From Azolla caroliniana (lineage: Eukaryota; Plantae; Polypodiophyta): a DNA stretch of 64,000 nucleotides. Every line of letters begins with the position of its first letter. Positions within the stretch are counted from its first letter, which is position 1. The translations under genes and the position numbers were made by a program. This document shows positions 23,784 to 35,802 of this stretch, in pieces. The DNA lies in NCBI GenBank assembly GCA_043228905.1, contig JBHGNT010000003.1:18600001-18664000 (forward strand), written 5' to 3'. The notes beneath the pieces were generated by a model. The model saw nothing but the letters and a program-made list of their open reading frames with translations. It made no database searches and was not told the DNA's origin.

Positions 23784-24678
23784 ATGTATGTGTATATATA
23801 CATATATGAGTGATATGTGTGTTTGTACACATGTATGTATGTGTGTATATGTATATATCATATATGTATGTATGTATATGTATATATCATATATGTACAT
23901 ATGTGTGTACATGTATATGTAAACGAATGGTTTTATAATATTCTTGGGGCCGTTTTATATTCGCGAATATCGCGAATATTGCGGATGTTGAATACCACGA
24001 ATATTACGCATGGGTCAATCTATGATCAAAACCATGAACCCAGAATTACGGCATATAAAGGGCAAAGAGAACCTAGTCATACATATGTTTTCAAGATCAA
24101 GGTTCATAAATGAAAAGGTGATGCAAGCTGAAGATAAGAATTTGGCAACTACACGCCATCAAGTTTCTCATCAAGTATCTATTAAGCCTCATGATGAGTT
24201 TAATGTAAGCATAATGTTTAGCCTTAGGAGTCGACAACCTCGGGCAATTTGCATCGGACCTTGGTCTCACAACATCCACATTGCCGAGCTTGAGGGGGAG
24301 TACTGGAGGCGACACGCGCACTATACCCAATTGATTGAGTACGCAACATGCAGTTAATCAAACCGAGCACGAAGCCGAAAAGCCGAAAAGCCGAACAATC
24401 CAGTTCGAGGATTACGAACACTAGAAGCCGGATTCCGAAGACCGAACCAAAACAACTTTTCGACAGATGGAAGTTGTGTTCGAAGGGGCGTGTTGAGAGT
24501 TGAACTCAACTTCCCATAGTAATAGGTTTCACATTAGCTCATGGACATACCATGCTAGTTTTGTAAATAGTAGAAAGGGCACTTACCCTAGCTTAGTTGG
24601 TATTTAAACCAGCCCCTTGTAACTTAGTTACTGTTGGAAGTATTCTGGTTAATGTAATATACAATCTTTTATCTCTAT

Positions 24679-27600
24679 TGTAAAGAATCAAGAGATGGAT
24701 TCTTGTGAAGCGGAAGAGATGTGAGTTATGTGTGTGTGCAAGAGAGAGTGAGAGTGAGTGAAACACAGAGAATACGCAAGGTAAAAGTATATTGACAAAG
24801 GAGAAAGACTCAACACTATACAAGGTGGGAGGAGGGTGCTTTATGTAGTCACCCTCTCTCTTCATTAGCTACAAGGCTCATGGAGCATGGGGAATGTGAA
24901 AGCTCATAAGTTATGTGTCATAGAATATGATTCTATGACTCATACTAAATACTAGAATATAAAGAGGTGACTTAATGGTGACTCTTGACCGTTGAAGTGT
25001 ATATTCACTCTCAAGGTGAGTTCACACACTAGACCAAGTTGAGCTTGATTCTCAACACGCCCCCTCAAGCTCAAGTCGGGTCGGTTTCAAACAGTATCCG
25101 AAATCCGCTTCGACTCGCGTTCCGGAGTTCGCGTCGACTCGTGTCGACTCGATTTATGCGGAGTTGCGGAATCCATGCTCCAGCTTGCGTTGTGCATAGT
25201 TGCGAAGTCTGTGCGTTATTGTGTAGTACGCGGTTGTGGAATCTACGCGTTATTGCGTAGTGTCTTCAGTACTCCCCCTCAAGCTTGGAAGGTCAGGGAT
25301 CGTCAATCCAAGATCGGTCATGAATTGCCATAGCTTGTCGGCTCCTAAGGCTTTAGTGAAGATGTCGGCCGTTTGAAGATTGGTGCTAATGTGTTGTAGG
25401 TCGACATCGCCAGCCAGAACGCGCTCTCGGATGAAGTGATAGTGCACTTCGATGTGCTTTGTCCGCGCGTGGAACACCCGGTTCCGAGCCAGATAGATAC
25501 TATTCATGTTGTCGCAGTAAAGGGAAGTCGGATCCTTGATGGGTACGCCCAGATCCTTCAAAATCCTCTTGAGCCATACGACTTCACACGCAGCTACGGC
25601 TGCGCCCCTGTATTCCGCCTCCATACTCGAAAGAGCGACAGTAGGCTGCTTCTTGCTACTCCAGGATATTGCTCCGCTGCCGAGGGAGAAAACAAATCCG
25701 GAGGTTGATCTTCTATCGGCTTTGTAGCCGGCCCAATCGGCGTCTGTGTACCCCTCGAGTCGTATTGGCATCACGGTCTTGTAGAGGATGCCGCAATCCA
25801 TTGTGCCGCTCACGTATCGTAGAACTCGCTTAGCGCAATCCAAGTGAGTATCACGCGGTGTTTGCATGAATTGGCTAAGGAGACCAACCGGATAACTGAG
25901 ATCGGGTCGAGTGATTGTGAGGTAGATGAGACTCCAGATGAGTTGCCGATACTGAGTCGGCTCACACGCTTTGGTGCCGGAGTTCGCATCTAGTTTGAGA
26001 TTGCGATCGAGCAGGGTTGCTACGGGTTTGCACTCAGCCATCCCGAACTTGTATAACAAGTTGAGGATGTAGTGTCGTTGAGAGATCATGATTCCGGCCG
26101 GAGTCCGAATTACCTCGATGCCAAGGAAGTAGTGGAGCTCCTTCATGTCCGTCATCTTGAACTTGTCGGAAAGGAGGGATTTGACTTTATTGATTTCGAC
26201 GAGATGCTCACCTCCAATGACTAGGTCATCCACATATAAAATGATGACGATCATACTTGCGGAATCGCTTCGTATGTAGAGGGAGTTGTCCGATTTTGAC
26301 ATACGGAAGCCGATTTGATGAAGATATTGCGTTATCTTCGAATGCCAAGCACGCGGTGCTTGCTTGAGGCCGTAGAGTGGCTTCTTGAGTCGGCATACAA
26401 CTTTCGGATGGGTGCTCAAGTTGAAGCCGGGTGGTTGTATCATGTACACCTCCTCTTCTAATTCGCCTTGTAGAAAGGCGTTCTTGACGTCCATTTGATG
26501 GAGGTGCCACCCTTTCGCCGCGGCAAGCGCAATTACGGTCCACACCGTCGTCATCTTGGCCACTGGGGCAAAGGTCTCTTCGTAGTCGACGCTATGCGTC
26601 TGAGCGTATCCTTTCGCTACAAGTCGAGCTTTGTAGCGGTTTACGAAGCCATCGGTGTTATACTTCACCTTGTAGATCCATCTGCATCCGATTGCCTTTT
26701 TGTGTGGTGAGGTGGAAACGATATCCCACGTCTCATTCTTCCATAGTGCCTGCATCTACTCATTCATTGCTTCGATCCATCGCGGGTCCTTCCGGCTCCC
26801 GTACTGTCGCTACCTTCATCATAAAGGCGTAATGGTACGCCATATAATCGTTGTAGCCGAATCGGCTTACGGGGTTCTTTTCACGAGTGGATCGGCGGAG
26901 CTTTTCATTTTTAGAGTGCGGGCTTTCTTAGCTCCGATTGGTACATCGAAGCCGCCGAACACACTATCGAGTGAGTGAGTCGATTCATCGTCGTCAAAGC
27001 GATCGTCTTCATATTCCGCCATTTTCGCCTTGCCTTTGTCCATCTTCGGGCTAGGCCGTGATGTGCTTTGATCGCTCAAAGGCTCTTGTGGTCCGCTCAG
27101 TCGGGTCGTGATAGGATTTTCTTCGATCATGCGCGTAGGGCGATCTTCATCCTTGATCTCTTGTTCGGAAAATTCCGAGTCGAGCGGAGGCAAAGTTGTC
27201 TCTAGTGCGTACCAGGATGCGGACTCGTCAAAAACGATGTCTCGACTTACTCAAGATTTTCGAGTTGAGGGGTTGTAGCACTTGTACCCCTTTTGCTCCA
27301 ATGAGTATCCTACGAGGATACATTTCTCCGACTTCGGGTGAAGCTTTTGACGCTTTTCATCGGGGATGTGCACGTACGCTATCACGCCGAATATCCGGAT
27401 GTGCGATAAGTCCGGCTTCTTTCCGAAGTATTTTTTGTGCGGCGTGACCTCGTGCACGCCGGATGTTGTGCACCGGTTCATTAGGTAGACAGCCGTATTT
27501 GCAGCTTCAGCCCAATATGACTTGGGCATATGCTTCTCGTTCATCATGGCCCGCGCTACTTCGAGGATGTGCCGATTTTTGCGCTCGGCTACTCCGTTTT

Positions 27601-30125
27601 GTTGCAGAGTGTGTCGGCAAGTGAATTCTCGCCGAATTCCTTCCTTTCGGAGATACGCCGTGAAATCGTCCGAGAAGTACTCCTTGCCGCCATCCAATCG
27701 AAGGCATCGTACATGTCGGCCTGTGGCTTTCTCAACTTCATTCTTGAAATTTTGGAAGTGTCTAAACACTTCGCTCTTTTGCCGCATCGGGTAGATCCAA
27801 GTGTGCCTAGAGAAGTCGTCGATGAAGAGCACGTAATATCGGCATCCGCCGAATGTAGCCGTCTATGCCGGTCCCCATACGTCGGAATGGACTACGTCGA
27901 GTAGACCTTTGCTCACGTTCTGCTCTTTCGGGAATGGGTGTCGGTGTTGCTTGCCGAATTGGCATGCTTCGCATACACCTTCAATCTCCTTCTATTTGAA
28001 TGTCGGGAGTCCGATGACGACTCCTTTCGATTTCATTGCTTTGAGTTTGTTGAGATTGATGTGGCTAATTCTCTTGTGCCATAGCTCTATGTCGGAGTCG
28101 GCTTCTGTGTTTTTCGCGAACATGGCAGATTTCATGTCATGTGAATCGAGAATAAACATCCGGCCCTCTCTTCGTCCGCGTGCGATGAGTCGGCCCTCTT
28201 TTTTGATGAAGCAACCGCCTTGATTAAATCGAACTTGCATCCCTTGCTCTACAATTTGGCCGACGGAAACCAAATTCTTCGTAATGATCGGTACATGCAA
28301 GACATTTTTAATGTAATTTTTCTTACCTTCTTTTCCGAACGGAACATTGCCAATGTGCCGAATCGGGTGCGTAGTGTCGTCTCCGGTTTCGACATAGCCG
28401 GGTCGGTCCGGCTCTCGAAGTTCTCAGAACCATTCTTGATGCGATGTCATATGGTTCGAGGCATCAGAATCGACGAACCATACGTCTTCTGGACCGGAGG
28501 CACTAGTTGAGGTAGCGGCTGACATAGAGTTTGCTCTATGTTTCATCATGAACATTCCGCCATCATGAACATTTCGCCACGGTCGGAGTTGTGCGTATAC
28601 ATTCCGCCACGATCTTTGTAGTCGGAGTTGTGCCCGTACATTTCGCCACGGTCGGAGTTGTGTGCATACATTCTGCCACGATCTTCGTAGTCGGAGTTGT
28701 GTGCGTAATTCGTGAGTTGTCAGCTTGTGGAAGCCGATTCACGCATCTTCTTTCAGCACTCTTCTTCATGGTGGCCGAGCTTTCCGCAATATCCGCATTC
28801 GGTTGCGTTTTGACGGCCCGGGCCGGAGTGGAAGCTCCCCTTCTTGTGAAGGTTCCTCGTTGGCCTCCGTTTTGCGGCCGAAATTGGGAGTAGTTATCGT
28901 AGGTCGGACCTCGTCCGCCTTGTCCTTGGCCGAATCGGCCTCTCGCTCGTCCGCGTCCTCTTCCTCCATTAGAGTGCGTGTAGAGCATGTGGCCTTACGA
29001 CTCATTGCTCCTTGTACGCACGTGGTTCTCTTCGACCAATAGCATTGATTGGAGCTCGAAGGAGGGAGATTTCTCCCGTGCTAGAACGGCAGTTCGCATC
29101 ACACCAAACCGTGGTGCGAGGCCACCGAGGCATATTTGCACCATCTCATCATCATCTATACTGACGCTTATTGAGCCGAGCGAGTCGCAAAGCTCCTTGA
29201 TCTTCAAGGTGTATGTCGTGATGGACATGTCCCTTTGTTGAATGTTGTTCAACTCTTGGCGGAGTTAAAGCTTCCTCGCGGTCGTGTTGGCGGCGAAAAT
29301 CTTTCGTAGATTTTCTCACGCTTCCTTTGGCGTCTTGGCTTCTCGAATGTAACCGAGCATGTGGTCGTGAACACATGTCGCCAAACAATACATCACGCGG
29401 CTTGCGGCTTGCTCCCATGTCGCGTATCCGGGAGCCGCTTCGGCGGGTCGGTCTTCATGCGCTCCTTTGATGTAGCTCCAATAGCCTTGTCCGACAAAGT
29501 ATTGGTGCATCTTGTACTCCCAAGATGCAAAGTTGTTTCGATCCAACTTCTCGGTAGGGAGAGCGCTCCCCATTTGAGTATTCATTATGTCGATTCTTCT
29601 TCTTCTTCTTCTCTCTTCAAATGCGAGCTATGTAGCGAAGCTACGATAGCTATGAGCCGGTTCTTGGTCGTCGGCGTAGAGCACAAAACACGATCACGAT
29701 GAGGCGAATGGGCTAGATCGAGCTACCAAATCGCTCTGATACCATGTAAAGAATCAAGAGATGGATTCTTGTGAAGCGGAAGAGATGTGAGTTATGTGTG
29801 TGTGTAAGAGAGAGAGAGTGAGAGAGTGAAATATAGAGAATACGCAAGGTAAAAGTATATTGACAAAGGAGAAAGACTCAACACTATACAAGGTGGGAGG
29901 AGGGTGCTTTATGTAGTCACCCTCTCTCTTCATTAACTACAAGGCTCATGGAGCATGGGGAATGTGAAAGCTCATAAGTTATGTGTCATAGAATATGATT
30001 CTATGACTCATACTAAATGCTAGAATACAAAGAGGTGACTTAATGGTGACTCTTGACTGTTGGAGTGTCTATTCACTCTCAAGGTGAGTTCACACACTAG
30101 AACAAGTTGAGCTTGATTCTTAACA
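24679..30125 (-). mobile_element. Copia family C element, full length
   Basis: LTRs 24679-25057 and 29745-30125; PBS iMet 29733-29744; gag KLDRNNFASW (29585); INT 27251-27832; open RT-RH 25250-26755 (YVDDL, ARTKHIEV); TSD TCTAT/TCTGT. Confidence 0.95.
25250..26755 (-). CDS. Copia reverse transcriptase-RNase H segment (open, 501 aa)
   Basis: QMDVKNAFLQG, YGLKQAPRAW, ILYVDDL, YTDADWAG, HARTKHIEVHYHF, ADIFTKAL. Confidence 0.85.
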   Translation of the reverse strand: MQALWKNETWDIVSTSPHKKAIGCRWIYKVKYNTDGFVNRYKARLVAKGYAQTHSVDYEETFAPVAKMTTVWTVIALAAAKGWHLHQMDVKNAFLQGELEEEVYMIQPPGFNLSTHPKVVCRLKKPLYGLKQAPRAWHSKITQYLHQIGFRMSKSDNSLYIRSDSASMIVIILYVDDLVIGGEHLVEINKVKSLLSDKFKMTDMKELHYFLGIEVIRTPAGIMISQRHYILNLLYKFGMAECKPVATLLDRNLKLDANSGTKACEPTQYRQLIWSLIYLTITRPDLSYPVGLLSQFMQTPRDTHLDCAKRVLRYVSGTMDCGILYKTVMPIRLEGYTDADWAGYKADRRSTSGFVFSLGSGAISWSSKKQPTVALSSMEAEYRGAAVAACEVVWLKRILKDLGVPIKDPTSLYCDNMNSIYLARNRVFHARTKHIEVHYHFIRERVLAGDVDLQHISTNLQTADIFTKALGADKLWQFMTDLGLTIPDLPSLRGSTEDTTQ

Positions 30126-30132
30126 TCTGTCT

Positions 30133-30188
<56 letters not shown>

Positions 30189-30269
30189 TTGCCTTACGTG
30201 CATACACACACGCACACACATAGTCCTTCCACTGCATCTCAGCCACTCTTACTCCTCATTTTCTTTACA

Positions 30270-32705
30270 CATGGATTATTGTGGCTTGAATAAGGTCACC
30301 ATCAAGAATAGGTATGCACTTCCCCTAATCTCGAGTCTTTAAGAGAGGATTAATGATGCAAAGTGTTTCACAGTAATCGACTTACAAGGTGCATATAACC
30401 TCGTACGAATTCGACTGGGAGACAAATGGAAGACAGCTTTCCGCACCCGATATGGGCACTTTGAATATATGGTTATGTCATTCGGCCTCACCAATGCGCC
30501 AACAGTATTCCAACACATGGCATATTATATATTCCGAGATCTTTTAGACATCTATTTGATTATCTACTTGGATGATCTATTAGTTTATTCAAAGACACAA
30601 GAAGAGCATGATTCTCATGTACTATTAGTACTAAAACAACTATGAGAACATGGTCTTTATACAAAGTTGGAAAAGTGTAGTTTTGATTGTAACCAGGTGG
30701 AATTTCTAGGCTATGTCATCTCCTCGGAAGGCATCTCTATGGATCCAACTAAAGTCCAAACTATGTTAGAGTGGCAGACCCCACATTCATTGCGAGATGT
30801 GCAATGCATTTTAGGATTCACAAATATCTATCGCAAGTTTATACAAGACTACTCAAAGCTTATTTTTCAACTCACACAGCTTACAAAGAAGGGGCAATCG
30901 TTTGTTTGGTCTAAGGAAGCAGACACGGCTTTTGAGGGTCTCAAGAAAGCATTTACATCAACCCCTGTTCTAGCTCATGTTGATCCGCGTAAAGCATTTA
31001 TCATTGAGGCAGATGTGTCAGATTTCGCCCTCGATAGTATTTTGTCACAACAAGGCGATGATGACAAGCTACATCTCGTGGCTTTCCACCCGCACAAATT
31101 TGATGCCGTTGAAATCAACTATGAGATACATGACAAGGAGATATTAGCAATAGTGGACTCTTTTGCACAATTGAGGCATTTTTTAGAAGAATCGCCTCAT
31201 CAAGTCACTATATTCAGTGATCACAAGAATCTTGCCTACTTCTAGAATGCTTGGGTATTAAATAGATGACAAGCTCAGTGGGCCTAGTTCCTCACTCATT
31301 TCGACTTCAAGATTACATATCATTCGGGCAAGAAATAGGGGAAGGCAGATGCATTATCACAACCCTCGTATCTAGCTCCTTGTCCTAGTGATCCGACCTT
31401 CAACAATAAAAAACAAGTAATCATGGGTCCGGCACGACTTCAAGCAACGTGGGTTTTTAACACTCCATTGGATTCCCGCATTATCGATACCATATGTGAA
31501 GATTTGAAGAAAAATGTTTTCGCTCAAGCTATTCTAGATCAAATCAACCCCTCTCAGGCATCTTGTTCACAGTCACAACAACCAGGTACGGATTATCGAC
31601 AATTCGAATCTCATGATGGATTACTCTTCTTTAAGAAACTTTTGTATGTTCCCAATGGTTCCTGTCACCTTCGAATAGTACAAAATTGTCATGACACATA
31701 CACAACCAGACATCTTGGTAGTACTAAAACGTTGGATTTAGTACAATGATCATTTTGGTGGCCTCATATGCGAAGATTTGTCGAAGACTATGTTCAGACA
31801 TGTGATACATGTTGCAGATCGAAGATGCCTAGACATCATCCATATGGTTTTTTGGAGCCATTAACGATCCCAAGCAAACCATGGCAATCTATTTCTCTAG
31901 ATTTGATCATAGATCTTCCAAATTCAAAGGGCTTCAATGCGATCTTAACAATGCTAGATCAATATACTAAGATGGCACATTTCGTGCCCTATACTAAAGA
32001 AGTCACTAGTGAAGAAACCGCAAGAATTGTTATGCATGAAGTATTTCGGCATCATGATCTTCCCGACAGTATCATCACTGATCGTGGACCTCAATTCATC
32101 TCTAAATTTTGGAAGCATCTCTTCAAAATGCTCAAGGTCACCTACAATCTCTCATCTGGCTATCATCCCCAAATAGATGGACAAGCAGAACGTGCTAATC
32201 AAACTCTAGAATAGTATCTTCGGTGTTTCGTAAGCTATCAACAAGATGATTCGGCAAATATTCTACACTTTGCTGATTTTGCTTATAATAATTCTATCCA
32301 CTCCTCTACTAGGGTTACACCATTCTATGCTTATACAGGCTATCATCCTCGCTGGTGTGTGTTAGAAACTCCTGAGTTACCCACAAATCCTTGTGTAGAG
32401 GATCATTTAGAGCGGCTATGACGAATTCAAGCAGAACTATGTACCCACCTACATCACGCCCATCAAACACTGAAGGATTATGCGGATCGTCATCGACTTC
32501 CATCCTATTTTGATATTGGAGATAGAGTATGGCTATTACGACGAACACATCAAGACTACTCGACCATGTGACAAACTGGATTAATGATGTCACGTTTTGC
32601 CTTGATCTACCTCCGCAACTACGGATACATCGGGCATTTCATAGTTCTCTTCTAGAACCCTATCAAGATAGCACTATTCCCAATCATATTACACCACCAA
32701 ATCTG
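30270..32705 (+). mobile_element. Ty3/gypsy chromovirus-like (Tcn1-type) RT-RH-INT fragment, truncated at both ends
   Basis: DYCGLNKVTIKNRYALP, KWKTAFRTRYGHFEY, YLDDL, EADVSDFA, NYEIHDKEILAI, DHKNL, INT PWQSISLDLI, TDRGPQF, YHPQIDGQAER; many stops; no LTR or chromodomain seen. Confidence 0.85.
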
Positions 32706-32977
32706 ACTACGGTCTGACCAACACCTCCAGTTTGGAAAATTTATGGTTTGTTCACTCTGGCGCATCCAACCACATTATATCCCTTGAAGAATGGTTTCGT
32801 GAGTTGCGAACGCCCAATCGACCTGACTATGTGGAAACTAGGGATGACACTACTCACCCAATTCGGCATGTTGGCAATGTCCCATTCAAGAAAGAAGGGG
32901 TTACATATAGATTAAAAACATCTTACATGTTCCGACTATCACAAAGAATTTGGTCTTAGTCGGCCAAATCGTGGAAC

Positions 32978-34195
32978 CATAGAACGTAATATTCGTGTTC
33001 GTGCAAGCATTCCAACGTTTGGAAACGAACACGTTTGAAATGGGAAAAATATGTACTCCTTTTTTCTTTTTCTTTTTCATTTATTGTCATTGTAATTTGG
33101 CTCACCCTAGTGGTAAGGAGTCATGTTATTGTTGTCTATGTCTTGGGTTTGATTCCAAAATTTCTCCTCTCTTTCTCTCCTCTCTTTCTCTCTCTCTCTC
33201 ATTAGTACCATGTCATAGCAAAATTTTATGTTTGTGTTATAATAGTTTTTTTCTTTTATTTTTTTATTATTACAATTAAGCACAACCTATTGGTAAGTTG
33301 TTGTGCTACTATTACTTGTGTCTTGGGTTCAATTCCCAACTTACTCATATCCTCTTGTTAGTGTCATGGTAAAATTTGATGTTAGTCTCATGTTCCTTCT
33401 TTTTCTTTTTCTTTCTTTCTTTGTTATTAGAAATTAGCTCACCCGAGTGGTAAGTTGTTATGCTACTACAAGCCTATGTCATGGCAAAATTTTATGTCAG
33501 TGTCATGTTCCTTTTTCTTTCTTTGTTATAAGAAACTAGGTCACCCGAGTGGTAAGTTGTTATGCTACTACAAGCCTATGTCATGGCAAAATTTTATGTT
33601 AGTGTCATGTTCCTTTTTCTTTCTTTGTTATTAGAAATTAGGTCACCCTAGTGGTAAGTTGTTATGCTACTACTACCTATGTCTTGTTTTCTTCATATTC
33701 TCGAATATACGTTTTATGAGTTTTTGATTGTTTCTTTTTTTTCTTTCTTTGTTATTAGAAATTAGGTCACCCTAGTGGTAAGTTGTTATGCTAATACTGC
33801 CTATGTCATGTTTTCTTCATATTCTTGAATATACGTTTTATGAGTTTTTGAACGTTTGATTATAATTTATAATGACATATTTTGATTCAATCTCTATAGT
33901 TCATACTCATTTTTTTGTAAAATTCTAAAGTGAGGATGATAGAGATGTCTTGATTCACATCCCCAAAGTATGCATGTGATACAATGCAAATATTGCAACC
34001 ATACTTATGTTGGTGGTTCACAATGGATTAGAGTTCACTTATTAGGATTGAGAGTGAATCAATATATAATATAGACCTTAGTCAATCCAATCCAACTTGT
34101 CAATCCAATCCAACTTTGAGATGATTTACCATACACGTTTGATTGAATCATTCTCGAATGTGAATGCACGTATGATACGTATGGTTCATTCTATG
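32978..34195. mobile_element. hAT-type non-autonomous DNA transposon (1218 bp)
   Basis: 8-bp TSD CGTGGAAC (32970-32977, 34196-34203); short TIR CATAGAA..; internal ~115-bp tandem repeats 33280-33870; removing it rejoins copia QIVE-QGM. Confidence 0.85.
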
Positions 34196-35426
34196 CGTGG
34201 AACAAGGCATGCGAGTCCAGGACAGCCACGGAGGCTGCTTTATTGAGAAGGATGGTCGACTAATCGCTCACGGATGAAGAGAGAGCCTAATGTTCATTTT
34301 CGGTTCTCACAAGATGAAATTGGCCATGTTTACGAATGGCCTCAAAGACGACACAAACATAGAGCTATGGCACAAAAGAATCGGCCACATCAATCTCCAA
34401 AAGCTCAAGAACATGCAGTCAAAACGAGGGCACATACTCCATACACACTTGGATTTTTCCAATGCGCCACAAGAACGAATTGTTTACACACTTTCAAAAG
34501 TTCAAAAATGGAGTCAAAAAAGAAACGAGTTGGCATGATCGATGCCTTTGATCGGACGGGGGGAAAGAATACCTTTCCGACGCTTTTATAGCTTAATATC
34601 TCCAACAAGGAGGAATTTAGCGAGAATTTATGTGCGTACATACACCTCAACCAAACGGAGTCGTAAAAGAAACGAGCTGGCATGTTCGATGCCTTTGGTT
34701 GGATGGGGGGAAAGAATACATTTCCGATGCTTTTATAGCTAATCTTCGACAAGGAGGAATTTAGTAAGAATTTATGTGCAGACATACACCTCAACCAAAC
34801 GGAGTAGCCGAAAGGAAGAATCGGCACATAGTCGAGGTGGCTAGGGCCATGATGAAGGAAAAGAGTCTGTCGAAGTCATACTAGGCCAAAGCGATGATGT
34901 ACAATCGTATACCTAATGAACCGATGTACAACATCTAGCATGCATAACATCACCCGCCACGAGAAGCACTACAGAAGAAAGCCAAACCAATCCCATCTAA
35001 GGATATTCGGCATTATTGCATTTGTGCACATTCCCAATGAGAAGTGGCTGAAGCTCAATCTAAAATTGGAGAATTGTATTCTCGTAGCCTAGTACTCACT
35101 TGAACAAAAGGGGTACAAGTGCTTCAACCCCTCTACCCAAAAGGTTCATGTGAGTCGGGGCGAGGTATTTGACAAATCGGCATCCTGGTACGCACCTGAC
35201 TTAGCTCCATCCAAACCAATTGAGGAAGAAATAGACATCAATTTGGAGGAAGACATTCGACTAAGGCTCATACCAGGGGATAGTCTAATCTCAACCAGGT
35301 TGAGTGGACCACAAGAGCCTCTGAGCAATCAAAGCACATCACGGACAATTTCCACATCAACCACATTGAAGCGAGTGATGAAGATGGGTCGGTACACTCA
35401 ATCGATAACGACTTTGGTGTCCCCAT

Positions 35427-35802
35427 TAACAATCGGAAACCATTCAATTCGGTTTGACAGTGTGAAGACCAAACCGTTGAAACTTGAACTGAACTGAACC
35501 ACCTAATAGTTAAACTGAACCGTTTAAGAATTTTCAAACCATTAAAACCGTGGTTTCATGGTTCGGTTTCAGTTTTCAACTTAGGTCAAATTTTAGAGTT
35601 AAAAATTTTAAATATTTCAATTTTGTAATTTTTAATTTTTCAAAATTTTAAAGATTTTCCTAAAATGTGAGATTAAGGTTTAAAAATGAAATGATTTTTT
35701 TTTAATTACAATTTTCTTTTTTAAATTCAAATTTTCAAAAAATTTAAAAATAAAAAAACCGTTAAACCGTTAAGTCGTTAAGTTGTGGTTTCACAGTTGT
35801 TA
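35427..35802. mobile_element. hAT-type MITE (376 bp)
   Basis: 8-bp TSD GTCCCCAT (35419-35426, 35803-35810); imperfect TIR TAACAATCGGAAACC / GGTTTCACAGTTGTTA; AACCG subterminal motifs; AT-rich core. Confidence 0.85.

Larger units (their letters stand above)
24222..30269 (+). mobile_element. 3' end of a family C-related copia (D): RNase H tail, PPT, spacer and 3' LTR, split by element C
   Basis: ALGVDNLGQFASDLGLTTSTLPSLRGST from ~24222; PPT GAGCTTGAGGGGGAG ~24286; second purine tract GAAGGGGCG, then LTR TGTTGAGAG at 24491; LTR resumes at 30131 with (CT)n and ends TTTACA ~30269. Confidence 0.7.

Noticed and set aside
34511-34810. ~147-bp tandem duplication in the copia G integrase
   Set aside because: Real, but ordinary post-insertion decay.
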